Assembly (NCBI GenBank): GCA_000002445.1 | Contig: CP000066.1 | Location: 288,001 to 352,000, forward strand | DNA: 64,000 bases | Source of the DNA: Trypanosoma brucei | Taxonomy: Eukaryota | Direction of reading: 5' to 3' | Shown here: one piece after another, positions 28,692 through 39,435 of the stretch | Layout of the letters: each line of letters opens with the position of its first letter | Position numbering within the stretch: the first letter of the stretch is position 1 | The notes under the pieces: generated by a model | What the model was told of the DNA's origin: nothing | The model's database searches: none | The model's input: the letters and a program-made list of their open reading frames with translations, nothing else | Made by a program: the position numbers and the translations under genes

Positions 28692-29254
28692 GTGGGTAAC
28701 CCGTGTGATTGTCCAATGGTGACACCCTGACATATTCTTTTTCCAGGATGCGGACGAAGCATTAACAATGATGAGGTTTATTGCTCGTACTGAACCTCTT
28801 CCAAATTTCATGTATAAATATGTCTGGGTGTGCCGGTATATATACAATCCCTCACCTTCCGTTCTTCCTCATTCTTTTTACTCGTGCTTTACTGCGTTTA
28901 ATTTTCTCAGGGTAATTCTCAGTAGTTCTTCCGAGTGCAATTTCAGTTGTATGAGTTCAAGGCCGACGCCTTATATTCACGGTAGCAGTTTGTTTTTATT
29001 GTTTGCTCTTTCTCCCCTCAATACCCAAGAACAAAAACCACAAACAAAATCGTGAGGGGCCAGAGGCCAAGCAATTGGCGAGACGCGGGGGTGAAATCTT
29101 GCGTGTGCACACAAAAGAAGTAAAAGTTTATAGAGAACGCAACATTACCTGCTATAAATAAAGTAAAGACTTGGAGGTGGAGACTGTGGTAAGCATCGGT
29201 GACGCAAGAGCGCTTTAACTGTCGTTTCTTTAATATTTTTATCCGGGTTCTGCA

Positions 29255-32098
29255 ATGTCATCACGGACGCTGTATGATCAAGGTGTAACGCAAGCTCAGT
29301 GGGGTGAGCAGTTGCTTCATACCAAACCGTGCGTAAATATTCAGCTACCACAGCCGGAACATTCACTTCACCGCGAGGCCAGTGAGGCAGAGCGCGATAA
29401 AGCGTTGAAGTCGGCTTTAGGCATGCTGAGCGCTGTACTTGCTCGATCATCCGGGAACACGAAAGCTATCGTTGATTCTCCCGCTTTCGTGGCGAAATCT
29501 GTTGAATTACTACTACAACTGCTCTGCACCTCTTCTTTTCCGTCGCTCCCGCATCAACATAATCCTTCGGCATCACCGGCACCCCTGTCAACGGTCCCGC
29601 CTATACAACAGCAGCGGTGGCTGAAAATCGATTTTTGCGATCGAGAATATTTTGTTGATTCTGTCTGTAGGAACGTTCGCACACTTGTTGAACTAGACTG
29701 CGGCCCGCACCTCTTCGCCGAACTGGAGCAATGCCTAAAGGGGTACGTCACATCCATGGTGGAGTTACTTACGAGTAGTGGGGAAGATGGTGTGACTGCC
29801 GATGTGTTATTTGTGCGTCTTGCTCATGCATGGGGCCATTACTACCTAGCCGTTGCGGAGCTGCAGGAGGTTTGGGTCTACTTCGACCGCTGGTACGTGT
29901 TTAAAACACATGCAGTGAAGTCTATCGAGGGGTTGGCTATTGAAATTTTGCGTGAGGGGCTGTTGCTTCACCCCTGGCTTCTACCACGTGCGCAGTTGGG
30001 ATACCTGGATTGCCTCAGTCGTGATATTGTTGTGCACGCAAATAGCAGTGTAGAGAATAGCAACGGTGACGGTTGGAACTCTCGTCACGAACTTCGGCTC
30101 TTCACAGACCTGTGCGCAGCAGTGCAGGTGTATTTCTTGCGCGTGGAGCCGGAGATTGTGGCATTGGTGGGGAAGTTCTACATGGAAGAGGCAGATCGCA
30201 TGTGGAGTGCAGGTGTTCCCGCTGGAATATTCTTTGCTAGAGTAGAGCAGTTTCTGCTAGAATGTCGGGAGCGCGTGCGCGTCTGCTTGGTTTCTTACTC
30301 CTTACCAAAGCTTGAAAGCGTTACTCAGAGCTCTTTGCTGCTTACTCACGGCGTCGCCTTCCTCGAGCGTGATTTCGCAAATCTGGCAATGGAGAAAAAA
30401 TACGACTGCTTCCGTCTTGCGTGGAGGCTTCTTGCTTCGGGGAAGTATGTGCGTCTCGGTAAGCAGTGCAATGCCGTTTTCCGCGCTTATATACTGCAAC
30501 AAGGACTGTTAGTGATGCAACGATTTGCTGCGAGATCGGTGGAGAGGGATGTATTTGGGACCGTCAAAGCAATGATCGAGCTCATGCACCGTGGTGAAAC
30601 TATAATTTCTGAAGGGTTTCCTGAGGATAGTGCAACATTTTCCATACAGTTGCGTGATGCGCTAACTGAAGTCTTGCAAGGGCATCAGATGGAGTTTGTT
30701 GAGCAGTTAGCCCGCTACTTAGACTGGGTGGTGCGTGGAAGTGACACGAGCACCGCGCTTGGGCAAAGTGATCATAGTGAAAGCAAGCCGATGGCCACCG
30801 CTGATGGAAGCAGTGACGTTGGTGGCGTCCTTAAGCTTCTGGATGATATTGGTCGCATCTATTCTTTATTTCCGTCCAAAGATATTTTCGAAAAGTTGTA
30901 CTGGAGAGATCTTGCGCGTCGGCTCCTTCATCACCCGCGAGGAACGCCATGTGTGGACGTGGAGGGGCACTTTATTCAGATTCTGCGTGAAATCGTTGGA
31001 ACGGATGCGGCAAAGTTCGAGGGAATGGTTAACGACCTCATGTCGTCGCAGGAGTTAAATGAGCGATTCCGGTTGTGGGTAGTAAACAAGCACACCGAGG
31101 TGCCGCCGTTATCTCCCCCACCCACGAGCGTGGCCAATGAAGAGGATGACCAGACGGAGACACCTCAGCCGAAAGCACAACACAACAATGAAGGATATGA
31201 AGAGGAGGAGGAGAACCACGAGGCTGTTGAAGCCGCGCTCGCCGCAGTAGACGTGAAACTGAACGTTCTCACGGATGGATACTGGCCAAAGCAAACGCCA
31301 CTGAGTACCGAGCTACCCCCACAGTTGCGCGTTTTAGCCAAAAGTATGGAAGTTTTTTACCGAAAGTGCTTCGCTAAACGCCGTTTGATTTGGTTACATC
31401 AGCTTTCTTCCGCTGTTGTTAAGTCGGCAGTCGGTAACTCAAGGCGGCAATTGTCAGGAACTCTTGTACAAGCGAACGTGCTGCTCGCCCTGCAAGAAAT
31501 TATAGATGCAGGGATGCATTCGGAGCAGTTATGCGTATCAGTTGGCGAGATTTGTGGTCAACTTGGGTTGGATATCTCATTGCCTGACGTTGTTGGTGCT
31601 ATTCTTGGTCTGTGCCATCCCAAATTTCGGTTACTTCTTCGCGCTCCCGGTTCCGGTACGGATGGCTCAAACCAACATGGGAGTGATGACGCCTCCGGTT
31701 ATGGGTCTTCGGTTGGTGTTGTGGCTGCCACCCTTCTCGGTACTGATATCTTGCGCATCAACCACAGCTTTAGTGTTCCGTCACAGTTCTGCCGCATTCC
31801 GTTCCTTGGCGCTCGCCGCCGCGGAGGTGACGGAGCTGTTGACGAGAGAGCTGCTGATACCGACGGAGAGCAGACAATGGAAGACATAATGAAGGATCGA
31901 GTGCATGTCGTAGATGCCGCCATTGTTCGTTTGATGAAGCAACGTCGCCGCGCGAGTCACGAAGAAGTCATGGAGGAGGTACCGAAACTCGTGAGGTTTC
32001 CAGTAACGGCTTCTGCTGTGAAGGAGTCAGCACGGCGGTTGACGGAGCGTGGCTTTCTCGAGAGGGGTAATACAAATGAATATATATATATTTCGTAG
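29255..32098 (+). CDS. Cullin (cullin-RING ubiquitin ligase scaffold).
   Basis: Cullin-homology region, then a C-terminal winged-helix with the neddylation motif VDAAIVRLMKQRRRASHEEVMEEV (consensus IDAAIVRIMK). The C-terminus ...ERGNTNEYIYIS is cullin-like (Y.Y.A/S). An acidic low-complexity insert (EEDDQTE...EGYEEEEENHE) lies before the C-terminal domain. 947 aa. Confidence 0.75.
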   Translation: MSSRTLYDQGVTQAQWGEQLLHTKPCVNIQLPQPEHSLHREASEAERDKALKSALGMLSAVLARSSGNTKAIVDSPAFVAKSVELLLQLLCTSSFPSLPHQHNPSASPAPLSTVPPIQQQRWLKIDFCDREYFVDSVCRNVRTLVELDCGPHLFAELEQCLKGYVTSMVELLTSSGEDGVTADVLFVRLAHAWGHYYLAVAELQEVWVYFDRWYVFKTHAVKSIEGLAIEILREGLLLHPWLLPRAQLGYLDCLSRDIVVHANSSVENSNGDGWNSRHELRLFTDLCAAVQVYFLRVEPEIVALVGKFYMEEADRMWSAGVPAGIFFARVEQFLLECRERVRVCLVSYSLPKLESVTQSSLLLTHGVAFLERDFANLAMEKKYDCFRLAWRLLASGKYVRLGKQCNAVFRAYILQQGLLVMQRFAARSVERDVFGTVKAMIELMHRGETIISEGFPEDSATFSIQLRDALTEVLQGHQMEFVEQLARYLDWVVRGSDTSTALGQSDHSESKPMATADGSSDVGGVLKLLDDIGRIYSLFPSKDIFEKLYWRDLARRLLHHPRGTPCVDVEGHFIQILREIVGTDAAKFEGMVNDLMSSQELNERFRLWVVNKHTEVPPLSPPPTSVANEEDDQTETPQPKAQHNNEGYEEEEENHEAVEAALAAVDVKLNVLTDGYWPKQTPLSTELPPQLRVLAKSMEVFYRKCFAKRRLIWLHQLSSAVVKSAVGNSRRQLSGTLVQANVLLALQEIIDAGMHSEQLCVSVGEICGQLGLDISLPDVVGAILGLCHPKFRLLLRAPGSGTDGSNQHGSDDASGYGSSVGVVAATLLGTDILRINHSFSVPSQFCRIPFLGARRRGGDGAVDERAADTDGEQTMEDIMKDRVHVVDAAIVRLMKQRRRASHEEVMEEVPKLVRFPVTASAVKESARRLTERGFLERGNTNEYIYIS

Positions 32099-32721
32099 CG
32101 CCCACTCGCGCTTTTAAAAAACTGACTTTCACAGCTTTTGGGAGGCAGTGGCCTCGCCCACCCTTCATAGTGCGGTAGTGGCGATTGGGAGAACGATGGA
32201 TGCACGTTGGGTGTACAAGCGTCACTCAAGAGAGCGGGGGGGGGCCGTTAAAATGTAACTGGTTGTGCTGAGGGTTAAGGGACGGAGATTGTTATATCGT
32301 TCACCGAAAGTAAATATCATATATACATTCTCCCCTCTGCGTATCTACTGGGTTTGTACATGTGGATTACGATCGTGCGCTACTTACTGTGGCAAATAAA
32401 TTTTTATCTTTTCGCTTTTTCTCATCTTCTGCCCTTGCCTCAACTGAACGCTACCGCAGGGTAGTTGCTCCTTCGTTGAATCAAAAAGAATAGGTGAGTG
32501 CTGTAAAAGCGGTCTCAGTGTTTGGTTGAACACCTTTCTCGGAGTCGGGGCAAGAAGGGGGAAAGTGCTTCGCAAAAAGTAACAGAATAATATCACATAT
32601 CTATACATTTGTTTCCTTGTGAGCATTTAACCACACTTAACGCGTGTGTAAAGTGCCACGTGAGAAAGGAGGGTTAGCAGGCGTGCACTGTAGTTCGTGA
32701 ATTGTGCCACGTCTGTCAGTC

Positions 32722-33954
32722 ATGTGGTTCACAAACATTACGAAGGATATTGGAGAGATTACTAGCAGCTTTGTGGAGGATACGCGGAACCTCGCTAATA
32801 TCGTAACCCGCTTTGCCACTGAAGTAACCGGTGGCAATGTTCTCATTGCTGGTGATGAAGACTCACGCCTTGCGCAGCAATGCCCGCTTTCTGACACGGA
32901 TATTGCATCATTCCAGCGGAATAGCATGGTTTTTCTTGACGATATTTCGGAAGATGAGAAGGCGTCATTTGATGTATGGGCAAAGGAAAGTGAGTTTAAA
33001 TCACAGCCACTGCCTCAACGACGAGAAGGGCATGCTGAGCTTTTACCAGGTAGTCGGTATGAGAAGTTAGCAACTTTCCGCCAACAGTTGTTGGATACCA
33101 ATCCGTTCGTGAAGAAAAGGTATGCGGCGTTTGTGTTAAGCGACGAGCGGCGCCACCAAAAGGGGGGTGCGGAGGCCATTGAACATAAAAGAGACGAACA
33201 GGTTGATACAGCTGCCGAACACATGGAAAAAGATGAAATTGCTCCACTGGATGAAACCCTGCGCATTACGGAGGATGTATTTTTTGACCGTTATTTTTTT
33301 CGCCTTTCTCAGCTTCGTCTCCGCCTTGCGGCAGAGCGAAAACAGCGTGAGGAAGCCACTAAAAAGGAGGAGTTGGAGGTCAATGGAGTCGATCAGTGGA
33401 GTAAGGGGGGCCTCAAAGCATTTACCCAGCGTATTGTTGAAGCAGCAGATGGTTTGATCAACTGGGATGACGAAAACAGAGAACGAAGCGGTGAGTCGCA
33501 GCGCACGAAATCAGAGTGCGAAACTCAGGAAAATACTATAGCAGCATTGCAGTCAGTAGTGCAAGCACTGCAGAGTGAGCTGTGGAGTGAAAAACGAAAA
33601 TTAGCGGCCGTGCTGGAAGTGGCGCGTAATTGTGGACTTAGCGAGGAGCAGCAGCGGCTGCTACGTGAGGCGGCACAGAATGAGGAACATAGTGGCAACG
33701 CACCAGTGAGATCTTCCGTCTGTGAGTTGGAGTTGACAGGAAGTGGGCGAAAGTCAATGTCAGTGCGGTCAAAGGGGGGAGATAAGGAAAGTAGGGGAGG
33801 TAGTGTTGATTGCAAGGAGTCAAGGAAAAATGAAGATGGGGCGGATGGGAATGTAAAGGTTTCATCGAAGGCGGCGAGTGAGGGAGATAATAATGAGTCC
33901 AGTTCAGGTGTTCAATTTTTCGTTGACAATGATGGTTGGACAAATGTAAAGTAG
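32722..33954 (+). CDS. Hypothetical charged/coiled-coil protein with a possible BSD-like motif.
   Basis: GC3-rich ORF. ATG at 32722; the track start at 32704 is GTG. DVFFDRYFFRLSQLR loosely resembles the BSD-domain aromatic core. Glu/Arg-rich coiled-coil-like middle (LRLAAERKQREEATKKEELE). Confidence 0.35.
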   Translation: MWFTNITKDIGEITSSFVEDTRNLANIVTRFATEVTGGNVLIAGDEDSRLAQQCPLSDTDIASFQRNSMVFLDDISEDEKASFDVWAKESEFKSQPLPQRREGHAELLPGSRYEKLATFRQQLLDTNPFVKKRYAAFVLSDERRHQKGGAEAIEHKRDEQVDTAAEHMEKDEIAPLDETLRITEDVFFDRYFFRLSQLRLRLAAERKQREEATKKEELEVNGVDQWSKGGLKAFTQRIVEAADGLINWDDENRERSGESQRTKSECETQENTIAALQSVVQALQSELWSEKRKLAAVLEVARNCGLSEEQQRLLREAAQNEEHSGNAPVRSSVCELELTGSGRKSMSVRSKGGDKESRGGSVDCKESRKNEDGADGNVKVSSKAASEGDNNESSSGVQFFVDNDGWTNVK

Positions 33955-34977
33955 GTGGTAGTGTGCTGTTCACTGCTTGTACTGATTTAACTACCACTGC
34001 TACGACGTCAATTTCACTGTTATTAGTATTTTCACCTGTCGTTTAAAAAAAAAAAAACTTCCGTCATTAGATGTGAAAACTCCTCACTGTGTTGCCTGGT
34101 TCCTTTTTTACCGAATTGGCATCGTGAAAAAAAAATACTCTTGCGCGTGTGAATTTACAAATTTGTGTTGGATCTTGCGAGTGCGGAGCGTTTGAATGTT
34201 ACGACTCTTGTCGTTTTGTTTGTTCATCCGTGTGTGCTCACGCGAGTTCAGTGGAGAAGTACGTGCGGTCGTTTATTTATTTGTATATGCAGTTCCCTTC
34301 CGTTATGCAGATGGCGTTAATATACGTGCTTTGAAGGAGTTTGACTGAACGATGTGGTGACGGGGGAAATTATGGTGTTGTTGGTGTCTCCAAGCTTTTA
34401 TAATCTTTGTTTTGATAACTTTTACTCTGAGAGAGAAGAACACAATAAATGGCTGTATTTAGTCACTGGTCTAAAAAGAAAAGAAGTGTTTACCAACTGG
34501 CAGTGAGGATGTTTTGTCGAGTCACGACCTGTTTTATCATCATTGTGAGGAGCGGAGGTTCACTATTCTCAGGCGCGGAACGCAATAATTATTGACTTTT
34601 CCGTCTAGCCGTGGTCCACACAAAGTGTTAAGTGCATGGTTTGTGTTGTACAGTGCTTTTTTTTTTTAACCATTATTGTTGATACTGACTTTGTGGCCTT
34701 TTGCCAGGTGCTGCCGATTTCTTTTTATTTGTCTCTTCCCCTTTGGTATACACTGAGTTGGTGCCCTAGCCATCTTTCGATGCATGAGCGCAAATAGAGG
34801 CGCGTGTGTGGGGGGGGGGAAGTAGAGAAAGTGGGGGAAACCGGTGAGTTTTTTAAAAAAAAGAAAGATTTTAAATATGTCCAGTGGTTGTGCGTGTGTT
34901 CATGTACAGGTTCCACTTGTAGACGTTTCGTACAAAAGAAAAAGGGCATGGAAGTAATTTATGTGGGATCATAAGAG

Positions 34978-34981
<4 letters not shown>

Positions 34982-35025
<44 letters not shown>
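34982..35025. repeat. Compound (TA)n(TG)n microsatellite.
   Basis: tatatatatatatatatatatatatatatatatgtgtgtgtgtg read directly in the 1.4 kb spacer upstream of the first WD40/RING gene. Confidence 0.95.
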
Positions 35026-35120
35026 AAGTGTCTGTAACGCATACGTGCTTGTAGGTGTATTTGTGTGTGTTGTTATAGGGATGATATGAAATAATAACAG
35101 ATGTACGGGTGTTGCCAATA

Positions 35121-35205
35121 TCCCCCTCCTTCACCTTTTCACGATTTGTATTTGTTTTGTTTCTTCATCCCTTTATTGAGCGTGTTTGTTCCGCTTTTTC
35201 TTTTC
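35121..35205 (+). promoter_or_regulatory. Polypyrimidine tract upstream of the first WD40/RING gene.
   Basis: tccccctccttcaccttttcacgatttgtatttgttttgtttcttcatccctttattg...ccgctttttcttttc. Confidence 0.45.
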
Positions 35206-35361
35206 AATTTGCAAGGGAGAGGCGGCTCACCTGGACGTGAGCGTAGGCACGTAGGTGCGAGTATATTCCCAGGGGTTTAATAAAAGTGTGTTCCCCCTCC
35301 CCGTTAAGAAGATACACTTCAGTTATTTTTAGTATTGTCACGCATTGTCGCCTCTGGAGAA

Positions 35362-38300
35362 ATGTTGCTTTGCAAGCAACCAGGGGACACTACCATATTT
35401 GCCACTGCCACAGTAGACCATATCAGCCTTTACAATCTTTCTTCTGTTTCGCCTCTTGCACGGGAGTTGTCGGTAACCCCAACTCCAGACAGGCAACACG
35501 TTCGCATTATTGATTCGACCAATGAGGCCGCTGCCGACCTTTCTCCTTACGGGAATCAACCCTGTTCTGTAATTAACACCATTGTACACAATGCGTGTCG
35601 ACGACCATTTGTTCCAATATGGAGAGTCCCATTCTCGCAGGTGCGCGGTAGCGGCATTAGCGGCGGTGAAGATGAAGCGAACAGATGCACACCGCTTTCG
35701 CTTGCACTTAGTTGTGCTGGGGGCGCGCAGAGGCTATTTGTGTCCGAAAGCGGTAGTGGTGCATGGGTGGGCGAAGGGATGTCATTCTCCGCACTGTCTG
35801 TCCCCTCCGAAATTGTTACAACGAGTGCGTATGTTGACAGAGATACCAGAGCAGAATCAATACAATACACTAAAAGCGGTATTCAAGGGAATGATATTGT
35901 CACATCCGGCTGGGCGTATCGCGACCCAACATTACTTGCCATTGGTCGACATAGGGGTGTTGTGCAACTTCTGCGCGTAGAAGGTAGCGGCTCCCATCCC
36001 TCTCTTCACACCACAGTGGTTCAGGAACGTGTTCTTCAGGGAAGTGTAACTTCTCTCGATTGGGTTCCAAACAGTGACATTCTCGTCGTGGCGGCGCGAC
36101 GGCGAGATGAGTATGGTTGCTTTGCGGAGGTGATGGATTTTCGGTCTCGAGAAGTAGCTATTCGCTACCTCGGTGCCCCACCAGGCGTTACTCCCACTTC
36201 TTCACGCGCTTCGAGGCAACAACAACCCCTGCGCTGTGGTGTTGGTATTGCGTCTACGGGTGCATTATGCTTTGCAGAGGCTATTGCCTGTGACATGTCG
36301 CAGAAGTACGTCGCGGCTGCCGGCAGCAACAACCGCCATGACGTACTTCAACTTTGGGATCTGCGGATGAGCTCAAGGCCAGTTAGTGCGCACGTTCACG
36401 CCAGCCTGGGATACACGTCTCTCAGCTGGGTGTCGTGTGCAACTCCTACTGTAGTCAGCACCACCCGAAAAAGGGGGCTATGGATGTATACGTTTACAGA
36501 TTCGCAAAGTCAAGGTGGTGATGATAGTGATGATAGCGGTGAGGAAAAGGAAAGACGACAACGTTTGCTCCCTTCGGAGGACCGGTATCGCTTACATACC
36601 CGGGTGCCAGCAGCATGTGCTGCATCATTGGGGGGAGACCAAGCTGTTACACCGACTACGGGTGTTGAAACGTCACAACCGGGTGTAGCGGCGTCTCCTC
36701 ACAAGGGAAGTGCACACCATAGAGCAGGCAAATGCGACCAAGTGCAGAATGGGCAACATCTCAAGTTGCCGTGTCTTGTTCTGCTCGATGCCGCTTCGGG
36801 TGAGTTGTACCCACAAGTGGCTCTTCCGAGAAAAACAATGGTCACAATGATCAATGACATCCCTGTGTGGAGCGCGGGACCCAATGTATTTCGCTTTCAT
36901 CGTGATATTAATGAGCTGCTCGACGATATGGAGGATGACAGTAATTTGCAATTACGAAAACAGAAGGACCAGCACATACCCGACACTATCGCTAAGGAAC
37001 CTTCTGCCAGTGCCGGTAGCCTTAGCGAGGGGGAATTTGAAGAAGAGAGCGGTGAGGCGGAGCGCACTGGTGGAAACCTTTTAGACCTGCTGAAAGCATC
37101 AGTGTTCATGAACACAGATTACGACGAAACGACCCTCGCCTCTCTGTCCACGACATTACCGGCTGCAATAAAGGAACGGCCAAATATTCCTACTGTTAGG
37201 CGCCCGTTATTGTCGTTGAGGCGTCTCCGCGAGGGATTCGTGCCTTACTCACATCAAGTTTTTTCTGTGCTGTCACACGAAATGGCAGATCGTGAGGCTT
37301 ATGCTCTGTTCCGCTACGGGTGGTACATGCAACGACACATTCACAAGGGGAAAACAATTACCCCGGCATCTTCTGTTGTTCCCAGCTTACTGGAACTGCT
37401 CCGGAAAAAGCCACAGGTGCAAGTAACTAAAGTCATTCTCCGCGCAATGGGGTGGTGCATCGATCGAGATGAGGAGGCACTGATGCTGCAGCCGTTAGAC
37501 TCCCCAACAACTGTTAGGGAGAGCAGCAGGATCGGTGTTTTATCACCAAACATCGTACCGCAGACGACACACCAGGTATCCGGTCGATTTCATGGCCTTC
37601 CCCTGTATTGCCATCAGAGACCGTTGGCATCTGAAAAGGGAAGCACCATGTTTTCGTCTCCCTCAGCATCGTCCGAAAGTACAGAGTACGCGGCCGATGT
37701 GCTCTCTCAGAACTCTCTACCGCCGTTTGAAAGTCAGGTGGCGCCCTCTCCTGAGGTTGAGTTCTGCGACCGCGTTGGCGCCGCCTCACCGGAGGATGCA
37801 GTTGAACGGCGTGTTGCTATTCATGTTTGCATGGGTTATCTGAGTGAGGCGGCACGACTGCTCTCTCATTACAGTGACCTGCGGCCTTCCTACGCGAATG
37901 TCGCCCTTATACTAGAGTCAGCTGCACAGGGTCATTTTCCGGTTGCAAATATCGTTGCGCCTGCGGGCTGTAGTTACTGGATGCATTTGTGCGTTGAGCT
38001 GTTGGGGATGTATGCACATCATTCGTCCATAGGAGGCGCCGATCAAGGGAACGGCGAGCGCGAGCGACCAGGGTCAGGTTGGTCAAGCGCTTCATCACAC
38101 GTGGCAGGGCGCAAGTTCTTTACGTGTTTCACGAGGCGATACCCTCAAATGCCCCTCCCGGACCAAGTAGCCCTGGCCACAGTTCTGTTATTCCCATACG
38201 CATCAGCCGATTCGCAGGAACAGCTAGCCTCCGGCGATAATAAACGCGAGGAATCGTGGGAGGCCCTAGGTGATATACTTCAAGAGATGACGATGATGCA

Positions 38301-39123
38301 GTTTGATTCTTCTCTAGGTTGCAGTTGCTCCCTTTTCCTTTCGGCGGCTGTCGAGCCACTTGATAGCGAATACACTTCTGTACAACGTTACGTTGATGAA
38401 ACGGGTGACGTGCAAACTCCGGTGGTATACTTTGCACTATATGGGTCTACAAAGAGCAGGAGTTGGCGTTTGTGGAACGATGCCTACCGCACTCAGTTGA
38501 ACAATGGTGGCCATTCAATCCTCCGCAGTATCCACGATCTCGCGTGCTCAAAAATGTCGCAGATGCGTGAAAAGGTAAACGAGAATTTCAAGAGCAGTGA
38601 ATATAATAATTCTATGTCGTTCCCACTCGCTGGCCGGGACGGTGTAGTGCCACTCGCATCAAATTTCGTGGGGAGGACATTTAGTGGTTTCGTGGGAGCG
38701 CCGACGGCTTCCGTAATTTCTGGCACTGAAGGCAGGCCGAAGTCAAAGAGACTAACGGGAACGGGAGGTGTGGTGCTGAGATGCAAATGCGGATGTCGCG
38801 TACCCACATTTCCTGCCAATGCCGAGGGGGATGCGGTGGAACCAACATCAACGGCTATTAAGACAGCGTCCATGGAAGGGAGCCAACAGTCACTGTGCAA
38901 AATACCTGACTGCCTAACACCCATGTGCGTAGTATGCAGCGAGCCGGTATTCCGTCAAAAATCTGGTTATACGTTCGAGGAGTCTTTTACGTGGTGCACC
39001 GTCTGTCTACATGGAGGCCACTGGATGCACTTACGAGAGTGGTTTGTGAAGCATCGAACTTGCCCTGCTGAGGATTGTTCCTGTCGTTGCTACTACCCTT
39101 TAAATGAGCGTTGTGGTGTGTGA
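35362..39123 (+). CDS. WD40 beta-propeller protein with C-terminal C4HC3-type zinc-ribbon/RING module of the SEA/GATOR2 family (WDR24/WDR59/Sea2-3-like).
   Basis: N-terminal WD-like blades (LQLWDLRMSSRPVSAH...). The C-terminus is CKCGCRVP...CKIPDC...CVVCSEPV...CTVCLHGGHWMHLREWFVKHRTCPAEDCSCRCYY. The C.VC.HGGH..H...WF......CP..C.C.C signature matches MIOS/WDR24/WDR59 C-terminal zinc fingers. ATG at 35362; the track start at 35335 is TTG. Confidence 0.55.
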   Translation: MLLCKQPGDTTIFATATVDHISLYNLSSVSPLARELSVTPTPDRQHVRIIDSTNEAAADLSPYGNQPCSVINTIVHNACRRPFVPIWRVPFSQVRGSGISGGEDEANRCTPLSLALSCAGGAQRLFVSESGSGAWVGEGMSFSALSVPSEIVTTSAYVDRDTRAESIQYTKSGIQGNDIVTSGWAYRDPTLLAIGRHRGVVQLLRVEGSGSHPSLHTTVVQERVLQGSVTSLDWVPNSDILVVAARRRDEYGCFAEVMDFRSREVAIRYLGAPPGVTPTSSRASRQQQPLRCGVGIASTGALCFAEAIACDMSQKYVAAAGSNNRHDVLQLWDLRMSSRPVSAHVHASLGYTSLSWVSCATPTVVSTTRKRGLWMYTFTDSQSQGGDDSDDSGEEKERRQRLLPSEDRYRLHTRVPAACAASLGGDQAVTPTTGVETSQPGVAASPHKGSAHHRAGKCDQVQNGQHLKLPCLVLLDAASGELYPQVALPRKTMVTMINDIPVWSAGPNVFRFHRDINELLDDMEDDSNLQLRKQKDQHIPDTIAKEPSASAGSLSEGEFEEESGEAERTGGNLLDLLKASVFMNTDYDETTLASLSTTLPAAIKERPNIPTVRRPLLSLRRLREGFVPYSHQVFSVLSHEMADREAYALFRYGWYMQRHIHKGKTITPASSVVPSLLELLRKKPQVQVTKVILRAMGWCIDRDEEALMLQPLDSPTTVRESSRIGVLSPNIVPQTTHQVSGRFHGLPLYCHQRPLASEKGSTMFSSPSASSESTEYAADVLSQNSLPPFESQVAPSPEVEFCDRVGAASPEDAVERRVAIHVCMGYLSEAARLLSHYSDLRPSYANVALILESAAQGHFPVANIVAPAGCSYWMHLCVELLGMYAHHSSIGGADQGNGERERPGSGWSSASSHVAGRKFFTCFTRRYPQMPLPDQVALATVLLFPYASADSQEQLASGDNKREESWEALGDILQEMTMMQFDSSLGCSCSLFLSAAVEPLDSEYTSVQRYVDETGDVQTPVVYFALYGSTKSRSWRLWNDAYRTQLNNGGHSILRSIHDLACSKMSQMREKVNENFKSSEYNNSMSFPLAGRDGVVPLASNFVGRTFSGFVGAPTASVISGTEGRPKSKRLTGTGGVVLRCKCGCRVPTFPANAEGDAVEPTSTAIKTASMEGSQQSLCKIPDCLTPMCVVCSEPVFRQKSGYTFEESFTWCTVCLHGGHWMHLREWFVKHRTCPAEDCSCRCYYPLNERCGV

Positions 39124-39435
39124 TGTCAGGGTAATTTCTCTGTCGACATGTCAATTTTATACAGTGATACAGTTTGGGCGACGGACTCTTCGTCTGTTGG
39201 CCTCCTGTTCTTGTTAGTGTATGTGTGTTTTGAGTATTCCTTTCATTCGAACCCACGCGCGCACACCTGTATATCTATTTGCTATTCATATGCTACTTTG
39301 CCTCTGTGGGGGTGTATAACCGGACTCTGACTGACTCCAAAGCTCAACTTTCCGAACACCGTTACCCTCGCTGTACATGCGTTTCTTGTGTTTGCACGCG
39401 GATAGTAGTGGGGGCCAAAAACAGTGGTAGGAGCG

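Noticed and set aside
32080-32091. (TA)6 repeat overlapping the last codons of the cullin gene. This could be a frameshift or artefactual ORF extension.
   Set aside because: The encoded tail ...NEYIYIS matches the aromatic C-terminal motif of cullins (e.g. IYSYLA), so the repeat is genuinely coding.
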